From Candidatus Babelota bacterium (GTDB taxonomy: Bacteria > Babelota > Babeliae > Babelales > Vermiphilaceae), in contig JBDHVY010000001.1 of NCBI GenBank assembly GCA_039809905.1, positions 840,001 to 872,000 of the forward strand: a DNA stretch of 32,000 nt, written 5' to 3'. Within the stretch, counting starts at the first letter, position 1, and each line of letters begins with the position of its first letter. Under the pieces are notes generated by a model. It ran no database searches, was not told the DNA's origin, and worked only from the letters and a program-made list of their open reading frames with translations. A program made the position numbers and the translations under genes. Of this stretch, positions 1 through 8,761 are shown piece after piece.

Positions 1-1602
1 TCCTTTATGATATGCGTCATGTAAAGCTTGATTGATTTTTAAGGATTCAGCATCTTTTTCTTCTTGCGATTTATTTCCAAGGGCTTTTTTTAAAAGGTTT
101 TTTATAGCTTGATGATATCGGCTTGGATTTGAACAGTGATCTAAGTCAGAAGCAGAATAATATCCATAAGCTTCTTTTCGTTTGTCTTGTTCTTCTTTTG
201 ATGCTTTCTTCCATTCTTCGCTTGATTGTTCCAGCTGCTTATCAATAGATTCTAATTGAGCTCGTAAATCGGTTATACCTAAGCTTTTCTCAGTTTCCTT
301 CATGATTGCTACTCTTTGTTTCATTGATAAACGGCTTTTAGTATCACTTTCTGATTTTGCAATTTCCGTAGGCATTTTTTGAGTGAGTAGATTGCGTAAA
401 GAAATTAATTTTTGCACAATCTCATCTTTTTCTTCTCGTAATGACAAGGATTGTGAATCAATATTCTTTCGTCGGTAAATTGCTTGTCCAGCATTATTAA
501 CAGTAACAAATTGTTTAGCTATTGCTGTACAATCTTCATCTATTGGATTTTTCTTGCAAAAGTATCCAGTTGCCGAGTCCGATGAAAAAAGCTGATAAGC
601 ATTTCGTGCTTGTTGTAATGTTATATTTTGAGATTGAGTAGCGCTATCATTTTTATTAAAATGTGCAGAGCTTCTACAATAACACTCTTCAGAATGATAA
701 CGTTTATTATATTCTTTTTCATATTCATCCCATAAAAGAACCATTTTTTCGACTCTAGATGTGTCTCTGAGGATTAATGATTTATCATATGGATCAGTAG
801 TTGATTGTAATTGTTTTTCACAAAGGGCTTGCATATCTTTTGCAAGTTCTTTGGAGGTTTTATTATCATTATTTCTTTGGAAAGGATTTATTCCATGTCG
901 TCTGAGTTTATTAAAAATTATTTCTGACTTTTTTTGATCGATGATACTACAAAAATGTGCTAATGTATGTCCAGCTGTATCACCATAACCATTAGGTTGA
1001 TTTATATCTATGTCAGTGTTAAGTAAAAGCCACTGCATATTTTTTGAATTAAGCAAATTGTTGGAATCACTGAGAAGCGTATCATCGATTTCATTTGTTA
1101 CTACTGCTTTAAAATTTGCCCCATATTTTTTTAATAAAGGCCAAAAGCTAGAAGACGCAATAGCAAGAGTAGGGATATTTTCATTATTGTGCAAAACAGT
1201 ATCATTTGGAGAATGCCCTTGCTGAAGACAACATTCTGTTAATGATTCGTTATTTTTTTCCAAAGCATAAGCTGTTATATCATATCCACGTCTAGTTTCA
1301 ATTCGAGTAAATGGTTCTATCCCAGAGCAGAGAGCCTGTTTAAAGAGAAGATCAATTTTGCTATCAAAACCTACCCAATCTGATTGTGTATCATGTTTAT
1401 GCCATAACTTAAGCTCTCTATACTTCAGTGCTTCTTTTGCTTCATCCTTAGATATACGGCCATTTTTTACCTGTTGCCAAAAGTCATCGAGTTCGATGGA
1501 ATCGCATATGGTACAAGAAAATTTTCTCTGAGGTTGATTCATAGCAGAAACATTATTAACCATGAATCCAAAAACAACTACTAATGGTAATAATTTTTTC
1601 AT
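1..1602 (-). CDS. Predicted exported protein with ankyrin-like segments, truncated by the left window edge
   Basis: Not in the supplied ORF track. Reading down from the ATG at 1602..1600, the frame is open to base 1 (534 codons; I found no in-frame stop in the ~1260 bases nearest the edge or in the translated N-terminal part). Start: MKKLLPLVVVFGFMVNNVSAMNQPQRKFSCTICDSIELDDFW (signal peptide-like). The middle contains NQPNGYGDTAGHTLAHFCSIIDQKKSEIIFNKLRRHGINPFQRNNDNKTSKELA, which is ankyrin-like. Confidence 0.75.
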   Translation of the reverse strand, partial: MKKLLPLVVVFGFMVNNVSAMNQPQRKFSCTICDSIELDDFWQQVKNGRISKDEAKEALKYRELKLWHKHDTQSDWVGFDSKIDLLFKQALCSGIEPFTRIETRRGYDITAYALEKNNESLTECCLQQGHSPNDTVLHNNENIPTLAIASSSFWPLLKKYGANFKAVVTNEIDDTLLSDSNNLLNSKNMQWLLLNTDIDINQPNGYGDTAGHTLAHFCSIIDQKKSEIIFNKLRRHGINPFQRNNDNKTSKELAKDMQALCEKQLQSTTDPYDKSLILRDTSRVEKMVLLWDEYEKEYNKRYHSEECYCRSSAHFNKNDSATQSQNITLQQARNAYQLFSSDSATGYFCKKNPIDEDCTAIAKQFVTVNNAGQAIYRRKNIDSQSLSLREEKDEIVQKLISLRNLLTQKMPTEIAKSESDTKSRLSMKQRVAIMKETEKSLGITDLRAQLESIDKQLEQSSEEWKKASKEEQDKRKEAYGYYSASDLDHCSNPSRYHQAIKNLLKKALGNKSQEEKDAESLKINQALHDAYHKG

Positions 1603-1741
1603 TGGGAGCTCTTTCTAATATTTTTTTATGAGTATACGTGAGAGTTTTTACTTATATTTTGCTTCTCTTGTCTTTTGATCTTCAATGTATCATGTTACCA
1701 AGAAATATTTCTTTTTGTAGTTTTTAGAATATTAAGCCAAG

Positions 1742-1773
1742 AAAAGAGGTGCGTGTTAAACGCACCTCTTTTG
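1742..1773 (-). terminator. Rho-independent terminator-like hairpin
   Basis: AAAAGAGGTGCGT - GTTAA - ACGCACCTCTTTT, located just 3' of the minus-strand ORF ending at 1802. Confidence 0.75.
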
Positions 1774-1801
1774 TTTCTTTATTTTCTTTTTAAATCTATG
1801 A

Positions 1802-2398
1802 TTACTTACAAGTCATACGGTATGTTAAACCGGTAAAGAGAGTTAAATCAGATTTAGCAGCCCATGTTTTTTTCTTTGTCTCAATCATAGAAATAACGGC
1901 ATCAATTTTCTTGATCAAGCTTGATTCACCAGCTTGTTTAGCTTTACATTTTAAGGTATTCAATTTTGTAAGTATTTGGCTAAATACGCGTTCGGTATTA
2001 AAATCTCGCTTAATTTCGTTGGCAAATGAACCGGCATCAGTTGAGCCATTATACTTTTTGATAATATTATGAGCAATAGTAAACTGACGTAAAGCATAAT
2101 CCATAAGATCATTGAGTTCTTTTGCTAATTCACTATTATTATTTCGAGTAACAATTTCTTCAACTTTTCTTTTAAAATCACTAAAGAGTTGCTCTAATGA
2201 GATCACGTATGTCCCAAAAGATGTTTTATTGTTCTGACTAAAAAAGTCACTAATCTTTCTATCTACTTCAAAAACGAATGTGCCAAAATCCTTGATGGTT
2301 GTTTCATGTTCGGAATGAGCATATGCTCCCGTTACGGTGATCAATGTTGCAAGTAATGCTACTCTACTCAAAATATTTTTTTTCATTTCATTTTTCAT
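1802..2398 (-). CDS. Hypothetical predicted-exported protein
   Basis: 198 aa ORF. N-terminus MKNEMKKNILSRVALLATLITVTGAYAHSEHE resembles a Sec signal peptide. The downstream hairpin supports its being a gene. Confidence 0.7.
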   Translation of the reverse strand: MKNEMKKNILSRVALLATLITVTGAYAHSEHETTIKDFGTFVFEVDRKISDFFSQNNKTSFGTYVISLEQLFSDFKRKVEEIVTRNNNSELAKELNDLMDYALRQFTIAHNIIKKYNGSTDAGSFANEIKRDFNTERVFSQILTKLNTLKCKAKQAGESSLIKKIDAVISMIETKKKTWAAKSDLTLFTGLTYRMTCK

Positions 2399-2578
2399 AA
2401 AGAATCCTTCTCATTTAGCATGGTTATCTGTTGTAACCTACTTTTATTGATCTTACTACTATTCTACCCTGGTATCCTTGCCTCGTCAAAGGCACCCCAA
2501 AAAGATTGAATTAATCGCTATTTTCATTATTATGAGCGTAATAATATAGTCTTTAATACTCAAGTCCATGTCTTCACC

Positions 2579-2612
2579 GGGGTCCCCGTGTGAAGCGCAG
2601 CAAAACAGGGGG
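2579..2612 (+). repeat. Intergenic GGGGTCCCC-N20-GGGG element, copy A
   Basis: GGGGTCCCCGTGTGAAGCGCAGCAAAACAGGGGG, ending 8 bp before the ATG at 2621. Related copies occur at 17377..17447 and 30848..30905. Confidence 0.6.
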
Positions 2613-2620
2613 TTGATTGC

Positions 2621-3685
2621 ATGATATACCATTTATCGTATTATTTGAAGTTTTATTGGCCATTTTTCAATGTTATGCATTATGTGAGTGTGCGTGCAGT
2701 GGCCTCTTTACTGACTTCTCTGCTATTTTCTTTGGTATTGGGTGAGCCATTTATAGCACTTTCTCGGCAGTTTTTTAGGTCAAAAGTACGTGAATTTACG
2801 CCTGATACGCATAAAATTAAAGATAGCATGCCAACGATGGGAGGGGTTTTTATCCTAACTACGGTGCTCATTAATTCGTTATTATGGTGTGACTTAACTA
2901 ATTATCAGGTTTGGATATTCTTATTTTGTATTATGAGCTTTGGAATGCTTGGTTTTTGGGATGATTGGAATAAAATACATGCCCAAAAGGGCATATCTTC
3001 AAGGTCAAAGTTTATATTGCAGGTTCTGATAGCTGTTCTGGTGGTATCCTGTCTTATTTTTTTTACTTCCTTTTCAACAGAACTCATTTTTCCGTTTTTT
3101 AAGCATTGTAGGCCTGATTTGGGCTTATTTTTTATTCCCTGGGCTGTATTTACAGTGGTAGGGTGTAGCAATGCTGTTAATTTGACTGATGGGTTGGACG
3201 GGCTTGCAATTGGCTCATTATTGCCAAATTTTGCCACTTTTACCCTTATTTGCTATTTGGCCGGGCATTATGGAATAGCACATTATCTACAAATTCCCTT
3301 TGCAGGAACGGCCGAAATTGTTGTTATAGGAGCTATTTTAATAGGATCTTCTTTAGGGTTTTTATGGTATAATGCCTATCCGGCACAGATTTTTATGGGA
3401 GATGTAGGGTCTTTGGCGTTGGGAGCAGGTCTTGCTTTAATGGCAATTCTGGCTAAACAAGAGCTTTTATTATCAATTTCTGGAGGGTTATTTGTGCTTG
3501 AAACGGTTTCTGTAATGGTGCAAGTTCTTTCAGTACGCTATTTAGGAAGGCGTATATTTAAAATGGCGCCAATACATCATCATTTTGAATTACTTGGATG
3601 GCCAGAATCACGTATTACCACACGTTTTGGCATTATTTCTTTGGTTTTGTGTTTATTGGCACTCATTACGCTGAAACTGAGATGA
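2621..3685 (+). CDS. mraY: Phospho-N-acetylmuramoyl-pentapeptide-transferase
   Basis: 354 aa multi-pass protein with MraY motifs: HKIKDSMPTMGGVFIL, FWDDWNK, NAVNLTDGLDGLA, NAYPAQIFMGDVGSLALG, MAPIHHHFELLGWPE. Confidence 0.97.
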   Translation: MIYHLSYYLKFYWPFFNVMHYVSVRAVASLLTSLLFSLVLGEPFIALSRQFFRSKVREFTPDTHKIKDSMPTMGGVFILTTVLINSLLWCDLTNYQVWIFLFCIMSFGMLGFWDDWNKIHAQKGISSRSKFILQVLIAVLVVSCLIFFTSFSTELIFPFFKHCRPDLGLFFIPWAVFTVVGCSNAVNLTDGLDGLAIGSLLPNFATFTLICYLAGHYGIAHYLQIPFAGTAEIVVIGAILIGSSLGFLWYNAYPAQIFMGDVGSLALGAGLALMAILAKQELLLSISGGLFVLETVSVMVQVLSVRYLGRRIFKMAPIHHHFELLGWPESRITTRFGIISLVLCLLALITLKLR

Positions 3686-3687
3686 TT

Positions 3688-4194
3688 TTATAGAACTCTT
3701 TTTGTCTTAGGACGTTTTGTATAAATTATGTGTCTTAAGTTGGCAATTATGTTTTTCTCTTTCTGATATTTTCCAGCCATGGAGCGAAAAAATGTGTCCA
3801 TTGCTGCCATGCCTATCGCAGGCGATAAGGTAATCAAGAACTGTAAGAAGGTTTCATCATTAGGCATAGCAAGTAGAGTTGCTGCTTGGATTAATAGGAA
3901 TGTGATTCCAACCCTCTCATTCCTTTCAATAAAAGTAGCCCAACCATTGTAATAAACTATTTTATCAAAGACGATTTTTGATTGTTCATCTAAAATAGTA
4001 AAAAGATCTTCTTCAGATATATTTTTGGCTAAAAAGAACTCATTTAATTGGTTTGACACGTCGGTGCCTTTTTTATCATATAGTGCAACAAGTTGCTTAT
4101 AAATATTTTTTTTTTCTAAATCTGTTAAAGATTTTGTACAGGCAAGACTGCTATATGCAGCGATTACTATCAAAAAAAGTTTTCTTCTATTCAT
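3688..4194 (-). CDS. Hypothetical predicted-exported protein; paralog-like to 5041..5625
   Basis: 168 aa, MNRRKLFLIVIAAYSSLACTKS signal-like start. Shares the pattern QLVALYDKKGTDVSNQLNEFFLAKNIS with 5041..5625. Confidence 0.7.
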   Translation of the reverse strand: MNRRKLFLIVIAAYSSLACTKSLTDLEKKNIYKQLVALYDKKGTDVSNQLNEFFLAKNISEEDLFTILDEQSKIVFDKIVYYNGWATFIERNERVGITFLLIQAATLLAMPNDETFLQFLITLSPAIGMAAMDTFFRSMAGKYQKEKNIIANLRHIIYTKRPKTKRVL

Positions 4195-4328
4195 ATTTTG
4201 TCTTTTATCTTAAAATAATAAAATAACTTTACTCATTTTAATTATATTAGAGATTAAAAAGCAAAAACAAGAAAAACCTTGCTTTGTGTGTAAGCTCATA
4301 AAAAGCATGCATCCATTTATTTAATTGA

Positions 4329-4366
4329 GCAGAAAACCCTGGCTTTTTAAAGCCGGGGTTTTCTGC
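4329..4366 (-). terminator. Long intergenic inverted repeat, possible terminator
   Basis: GCAGAAAACCCtGGCTTTTTAAAGCCgGGGTTTTCTGC, a near-perfect dyad lying between minus-strand ORFs. Confidence 0.5.
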
Positions 4367-4447
4367 AAGTCATATAAGCGAAGATGATGAGACAATGAGT
4401 CGAAAAATCTTCGCGTAATTTAATTTTTTGTAATCCTTTTTAAAAGC

Positions 4448-4465
4448 ACCGGCCTGAAGGCCGGT
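4448..4465 (-). terminator. GC-rich hairpin, possible terminator of the 4507..4926 gene
   Basis: ACCGGCC-TGAA-GGCCGGT. On the minus strand it is followed by GCTTTTAAAAAGG. Confidence 0.5.
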
Positions 4466-4506
4466 CGAAATTTACTGGCGTTAATTACATTAAAATTACG
4501 ATAAGG

Positions 4507-4926
4507 TTATTTTAGCGGTCGGGTATAGTCCGTAATGCCGGCATGTTGTATTTTGAACCACTTTCTATTTTGACACTCTGCTTTTTGTGCTTCAATATAA
4601 AAGTCTCTTTTTTCTTTTATGTTCTTTTTTATGCATTCATATTGCTGTTGATTCAGAGACATTTTATAATATGAACTACATGAATTTACCCTTACATCTT
4701 TGGTATCAGTTCTTTTTTCAATTGAAGATATTTCAACATAGTAAAAACCAAGACTTATTCGATAAAGATCTGATGCTTTAAGGTCCTGTATAATTCTGTT
4801 TTCACGAGGAGGATTTTGAGTCATCTGTTTTATGTTGAACATTGTCACGTTTGGTTTGCAGCTAGCGAGACTCTTATGGGATGAAAGTATAAGTAATACG
4901 AGAGCTACATTCATTATTTTGTGCAT
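4507..4926 (-). CDS. Hypothetical small predicted-exported, Cys-containing protein
   Basis: 139 aa, MHKIMNVALVLLILSSHKSLASCKPNV signal-like start. Confidence 0.65.
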   Translation of the reverse strand: MHKIMNVALVLLILSSHKSLASCKPNVTMFNIKQMTQNPPRENRIIQDLKASDLYRISLGFYYVEISSIEKRTDTKDVRVNSCSSYYKMSLNQQQYECIKKNIKEKRDFYIEAQKAECQNRKWFKIQHAGITDYTRPLK

Positions 4927-5040
4927 ATTGTTCCTCGATAATTTTTACAAGTGGTTTTTATGATTCGCGCTAATCGCGAGACGTATGATAACATCATTTG
5001 CAATAACGTTCAATAGAGAAAACGGTAAGATAATGATTTG

Positions 5041-5625
5041 CTACTGTTGTAAGGATTCTAGTATTGAAATTATTTTATCGATTTTTTTTACTTCGTTTTT
5101 TTCAATAGATTCATAAATAATATAAGCCATCGATCCCAAGGCAATTACTATAGAAGAAAAAGAAATTCCTGCAACAAAAAGGTAAAATTTTTCGAGAGGA
5201 CTATAGGTTTTGAATAGTTGCTGTAATGTAGTGGCTGTTTGTTCTTTAGGATAAATTTCAGGAATTTTATCTAGATTTAAGGTTTTTTGCGTTTGCCAAA
5301 CTCTATTTCGAAGTGCATATAAAGGGGCAACAGTAAGTAATTCCACTTTAGTAGCATTTTCCATCAAATTATCAGCTCTATCGAGTTTTTTAAGTGATAT
5401 TGAATGTATGTTGTATTTTCTGTTTACTAAGGCGGTTCTTGCTTCTTTACCAGTGATGTTTTTCTCTTTTAAAAATGATGTAAGTTCATTTGCCAGATCG
5501 TTAGGATGAGTATCATATAAGCTAATAATCTGACGAGCAAGACTTTCTTCTGGTTGAGCTGGTCGAATAGAGTTATAACCACCAGATGCAATACTTACTA
5601 TCACAAGAAATATTTTTTTATTCAT
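5041..5625 (-). CDS. Hypothetical protein with signal-like N-terminus and one C-terminal hydrophobic segment; paralog-like to 3688..4194
   Basis: 194 aa. ARQIISLYDTHPNDLANELTSFLKEKNIT matches the pattern in 3688..4194. C-terminal hydrophobic segment FYLFVAGISFSSIVIALGSMAYIIYES. Confidence 0.65.
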   Translation of the reverse strand: MNKKIFLVIVSIASGGYNSIRPAQPEESLARQIISLYDTHPNDLANELTSFLKEKNITGKEARTALVNRKYNIHSISLKKLDRADNLMENATKVELLTVAPLYALRNRVWQTQKTLNLDKIPEIYPKEQTATTLQQLFKTYSPLEKFYLFVAGISFSSIVIALGSMAYIIYESIEKNEVKKIDKIISILESLQQ

Positions 5626-5724
5626 GATATGTTCTTCTTACAATAACTATTAAATATCGTAATAGAAATTATATCAAAAGTGACTAGGCTCATTCAAGGG
5701 TAATGTTTTACGTGGTTTTGGATG

Positions 5725-6387
5725 TTATTCAATTAATCCGTGGTCTTGTAAATGTTTAATTGCTTTGGGACGTGTTTTCAACATTATTTTTACGATTGTT
5801 GGTCCGTAACTTTGTATTGCTGCTATTTGTGCGGGATTACCAAATCCTTTTTCAATAATGTACTGATCTAGTTCATCTAAAACAATTAAGAATATTTGGG
5901 TGGGATATAGTCGGTGATTTGCAATATTGGCAATAAGATTGGGGTTCAATTCGGGGTATTTTTGTTGATGACAGTGCAATCTTCTTTGTAATACTTTTTC
6001 TTTAAAGAGAACTTTGCCAGGTATACACTCTTCTTTTTTGAGCTTTTCAAATACCGAAATATTGTTTTTAAGGCACAGTTCTATAATTTTTGGCTTCAAC
6101 ATATGTACTGCAAAAATATTTTTATATAGGTGGAAAAAGTGGAGTTGTTTAAAATTGTCTCGATATATATTTGTATGATAATCAATAGACTCAAAAAGAT
6201 CTTTTACCGGCATAACTTTGTTTGCTATTGATTGAATAAAAGAACTGTGAGTAAAAAAATCATTGCATTTTTCAATGCGTAATAATCGCTTTTGCAAGGT
6301 CTTTTGTGAAGGTAGTGTTACTACTTCCTGCATGGCGGTAATAATGCAGAATGGTAGGAAAAATAGGCTAAAGATAATAAGCTTCAT
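5725..6387 (-). CDS. Hypothetical predicted-exported protein
   Basis: 220 aa, MKLIIFSLFFLPFCIITAMQEV signal-like start. No recognised domain. Confidence 0.65.
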   Translation of the reverse strand: MKLIIFSLFFLPFCIITAMQEVVTLPSQKTLQKRLLRIEKCNDFFTHSSFIQSIANKVMPVKDLFESIDYHTNIYRDNFKQLHFFHLYKNIFAVHMLKPKIIELCLKNNISVFEKLKKEECIPGKVLFKEKVLQRRLHCHQQKYPELNPNLIANIANHRLYPTQIFLIVLDELDQYIIEKGFGNPAQIAAIQSYGPTIVKIMLKTRPKAIKHLQDHGLIE

Positions 6388-6526
6388 TATAATTTCCCAG
6401 TAAAAACTAAAATTAAGTATTATTTTGAGTTCTCAGATGATATTTTCGAAAATAAAAAATCTAATTCTTTTCTCAACTTTTTTACTTCATTGCTTTCAGA
6501 CCAAAGCCAATGATAAGAATAATAAT

Positions 6527-6664
6527 TCACGTTTTTTGGGTTATTTCAAAAATAAGTTTATTTTGTTCCATTATTTGACGTAATAAAAAGTTATTTTCCT
6601 GTAAAAGTGTATGGTTATTTTCTAATTGTGTTGCTAAAAGATTTTCCAAATTTTTTACATCCAT
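6527..6664 (-). CDS. Short 45-aa coiled-coil-like ORF 13 bp after the permease stop; a -1 frame continuation extends to 6420
   Basis: MDVKNLENLLATQLENNHTLLQENNFLLRQIMEQNKLIFEITQKT*. GGAG lies 8 nt before the ATG. Below the size cut-off of the ORF track. Confidence 0.45.
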   Translation of the reverse strand: MDVKNLENLLATQLENNHTLLQENNFLLRQIMEQNKLIFEITQKT

Positions 6665-6677
6665 AGAGATCTCTCCA

Positions 6678-7976
6678 TTACTTTTTTTGTGTTCCTCCTG
6701 TTATTACATACACTACCGTACCGCATAATATAATGCCAGCAAATAATTGTAATGGTATTGTGTTGTGGGTAATCCACATAGCATAGAGTGATGCTGTTAG
6801 TAAAATAGCACAATTAGCAAGTCCTAACACGGGAATTAAAAGAGATTTGTTGTTGCGATAGAAGGTGACCAATAATCCCATGATACTCAGTGCGTATGTT
6901 GCTGTTGCGCCAAATGCACTTAATTGTTGAAATGTAGTTGTTACACCAGACATAACGAGCAAATAAACGAGCATAATAATGCCTTGCGCTAGCACGCACA
7001 TAAAAGGAATATTAAAACGATTACGTTGCATTATTGCAGTGGGAGCAATGATATGGCCTAATTCTGCAAGTGAATATAAATTCCACATGTTGGCAAAAAT
7101 AATTCCAAACGCAGCACTTAAGGCAGAGGTAGCAATTGCAAGGTGAATAATGTGTCCCAAAATATCTCGTGCGTAATCACTAATGCCGAATTTGCTAATA
7201 AGAAGTGGAAATGCGCCACGATAGTCAGCTTGAGCTGCAAGATCTGTGCCCAAAATGCCGTAAAATATTGTTTGATACAACACAAATAAAACAATTACCA
7301 AGCTATAGGAAATAACGATTGCTCGTGGCCCATCAACTTTAGGGTTTTCTAAATTTCTACTAATAGCACACGCGATTTCAAAGCCAAGCAATGCATGAAG
7401 CACCAAAGGAATAGTAGACGGAATTCCAGACCATAGTTGATGAATAGGTGTTAGATTTGAGCCTTGCAAAAGAAATATTCCTGATGCGATCACAAAAAAA
7501 AGAGGAAAGAGTTTAAAAAGCATTATCCAGTTCTGTATTTTGCTTCCTGTCCGTACATTCAACATATTAAGACCAAGCAATACACCCAAAATTGTAATAT
7601 CAAAAGTAAGCGCATCGATACATGCTAAAGCAGGGAATGTTTTTTGTAAAAGCAGCGTAAAAATGTGTATTGAAAGTGTTGCTGATGATAGTTTTGCAAA
7701 AAAATAACACCAGGTGTTAATGAATCCAACAATCGGATGAATTGCTGTACTGCAGTATGCGTAAAACCCGCCGCTAGGATATAATTCAATCAATTTTACA
7801 AAAGATAAAATGAGCGGAAGCAATAAAAGACCTACGAAAAAATAACTTAATCCGCCTAATAATTCCGCGCGGCGTGCAAGTTCTGCCGTATTAATAAATA
7901 CACCAGACCCGATAATAATGTTGGTATTAATAACAATGGCTGAAAAGAGTGAGATGGTATTGTTTTTAGTTGACAC
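6678..7976 (-). CDS. APC-superfamily amino acid permease
   Basis: 432 aa, about 12 hydrophobic segments. N-terminus SLFSAIVINTNIIIGSGVFI has the APC TM1 pattern; HALLGFEIACAISRNLENPKVDGPRAI fits the family. Confidence 0.85.
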   Translation of the reverse strand: MSTKNNTISLFSAIVINTNIIIGSGVFINTAELARRAELLGGLSYFFVGLLLLPLILSFVKLIELYPSGGFYAYCSTAIHPIVGFINTWCYFFAKLSSATLSIHIFTLLLQKTFPALACIDALTFDITILGVLLGLNMLNVRTGSKIQNWIMLFKLFPLFFVIASGIFLLQGSNLTPIHQLWSGIPSTIPLVLHALLGFEIACAISRNLENPKVDGPRAIVISYSLVIVLFVLYQTIFYGILGTDLAAQADYRGAFPLLISKFGISDYARDILGHIIHLAIATSALSAAFGIIFANMWNLYSLAELGHIIAPTAIMQRNRFNIPFMCVLAQGIIMLVYLLVMSGVTTTFQQLSAFGATATYALSIMGLLVTFYRNNKSLLIPVLGLANCAILLTASLYAMWITHNTIPLQLFAGIILCGTVVYVITGGTQKK

Positions 7977-8011
7977 AAATATCCTTGAGATATGTTCGTT
8001 TTAATTATTCA

Positions 8012-8755
8012 CTATTGCGCTGCCAAATACAAAGCAATTGATCCAGCAACAGCGGCGTTTAAACTTTCAAAATTTCCTGGCATTGGTAAGGTGATTTTTT
8101 GATCGCATTGTTCAACCCACTGTTGAGGTATTCCGTTAGCTTCATTGCCTATTACAATCAATGTATCTTTTAAAGCAACTTCATGAGGATTTTTTCCATC
8201 TGTGGCAACTAATGCGCATAAAGAAATATTTTTCTTATGTAATAATAAATCATGCCAATTAATGCAAAAAAGAGAAACCATGCCAATTGCTCCAGCAGAT
8301 GCCTGTACTACCTTTGGATTCCAAGGATCAACACTTTCTATACACACAACTGTTTTTTTATTCATGGCAGCAGCTGTCCGAATAAGTGTTCCCATATTGC
8401 CAGGGTCTGCTATTTTTGCTAAAACAATTCCTGTACCAAGCGTATCAAATGATGATTGTTGTGGTATGCGAAATATCGCAAGAAAACCACTTGGTGTTTT
8501 TGAACTACTCATTTTATTCATTACGTGCGATGTAACTTCTATAATAAATGAATCAGATGCAATTTGTTGTGCATCATACAAAAATTCTTCTGTCGCAAAA
8601 AGAGTTATTAATTGGCTGCCAGCAGCAATAAGTGTTGAAATAGTACGAAAACCTTCAGCAATAAATTCTTGATGTTTATCGCGATATTTTGAGCTATGCA
8701 GTTGTATTGCTCGCTTGATGAGAGCGTTTTCGGTTGAAGTTATTAGTTTTATCAT
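8012..8755 (-). CDS. SpoU/TrmH-family RNA 2'-O-ribose methyltransferase
   Basis: 247 aa. SPOUT motifs KIADPGNMGTLIRTAAA, LIVIGNEANGIP, ITLPMPGNFESLNAAVAGSIALY. Confidence 0.9.
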   Translation of the reverse strand: MIKLITSTENALIKRAIQLHSSKYRDKHQEFIAEGFRTISTLIAAGSQLITLFATEEFLYDAQQIASDSFIIEVTSHVMNKMSSSKTPSGFLAIFRIPQQSSFDTLGTGIVLAKIADPGNMGTLIRTAAAMNKKTVVCIESVDPWNPKVVQASAGAIGMVSLFCINWHDLLLHKKNISLCALVATDGKNPHEVALKDTLIVIGNEANGIPQQWVEQCDQKITLPMPGNFESLNAAVAGSIALYLAAQ

Positions 8756-8761
8756 TAGTTT

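Noticed and set aside
1010-1225. 71-aa plus-strand ORF in the supplied track
   Set aside because: Lies antisense inside the long open minus-strand frame 1..1602. Reads as a shadow ORF.
2680-3237. Minus-strand ORFs 2680..2871 and 2905..3237
   Set aside because: Antisense to a clear mraY coding frame, with no recognisable product.
4587-4781. 64-aa plus-strand ORF
   Set aside because: Fully inside the opposite-strand ORF 4507..4926. Its hydrophobic look is explained by low-complexity AT-rich complement.
6814-6999. 61-aa plus-strand ORF
   Set aside because: Antisense within the APC permease gene.
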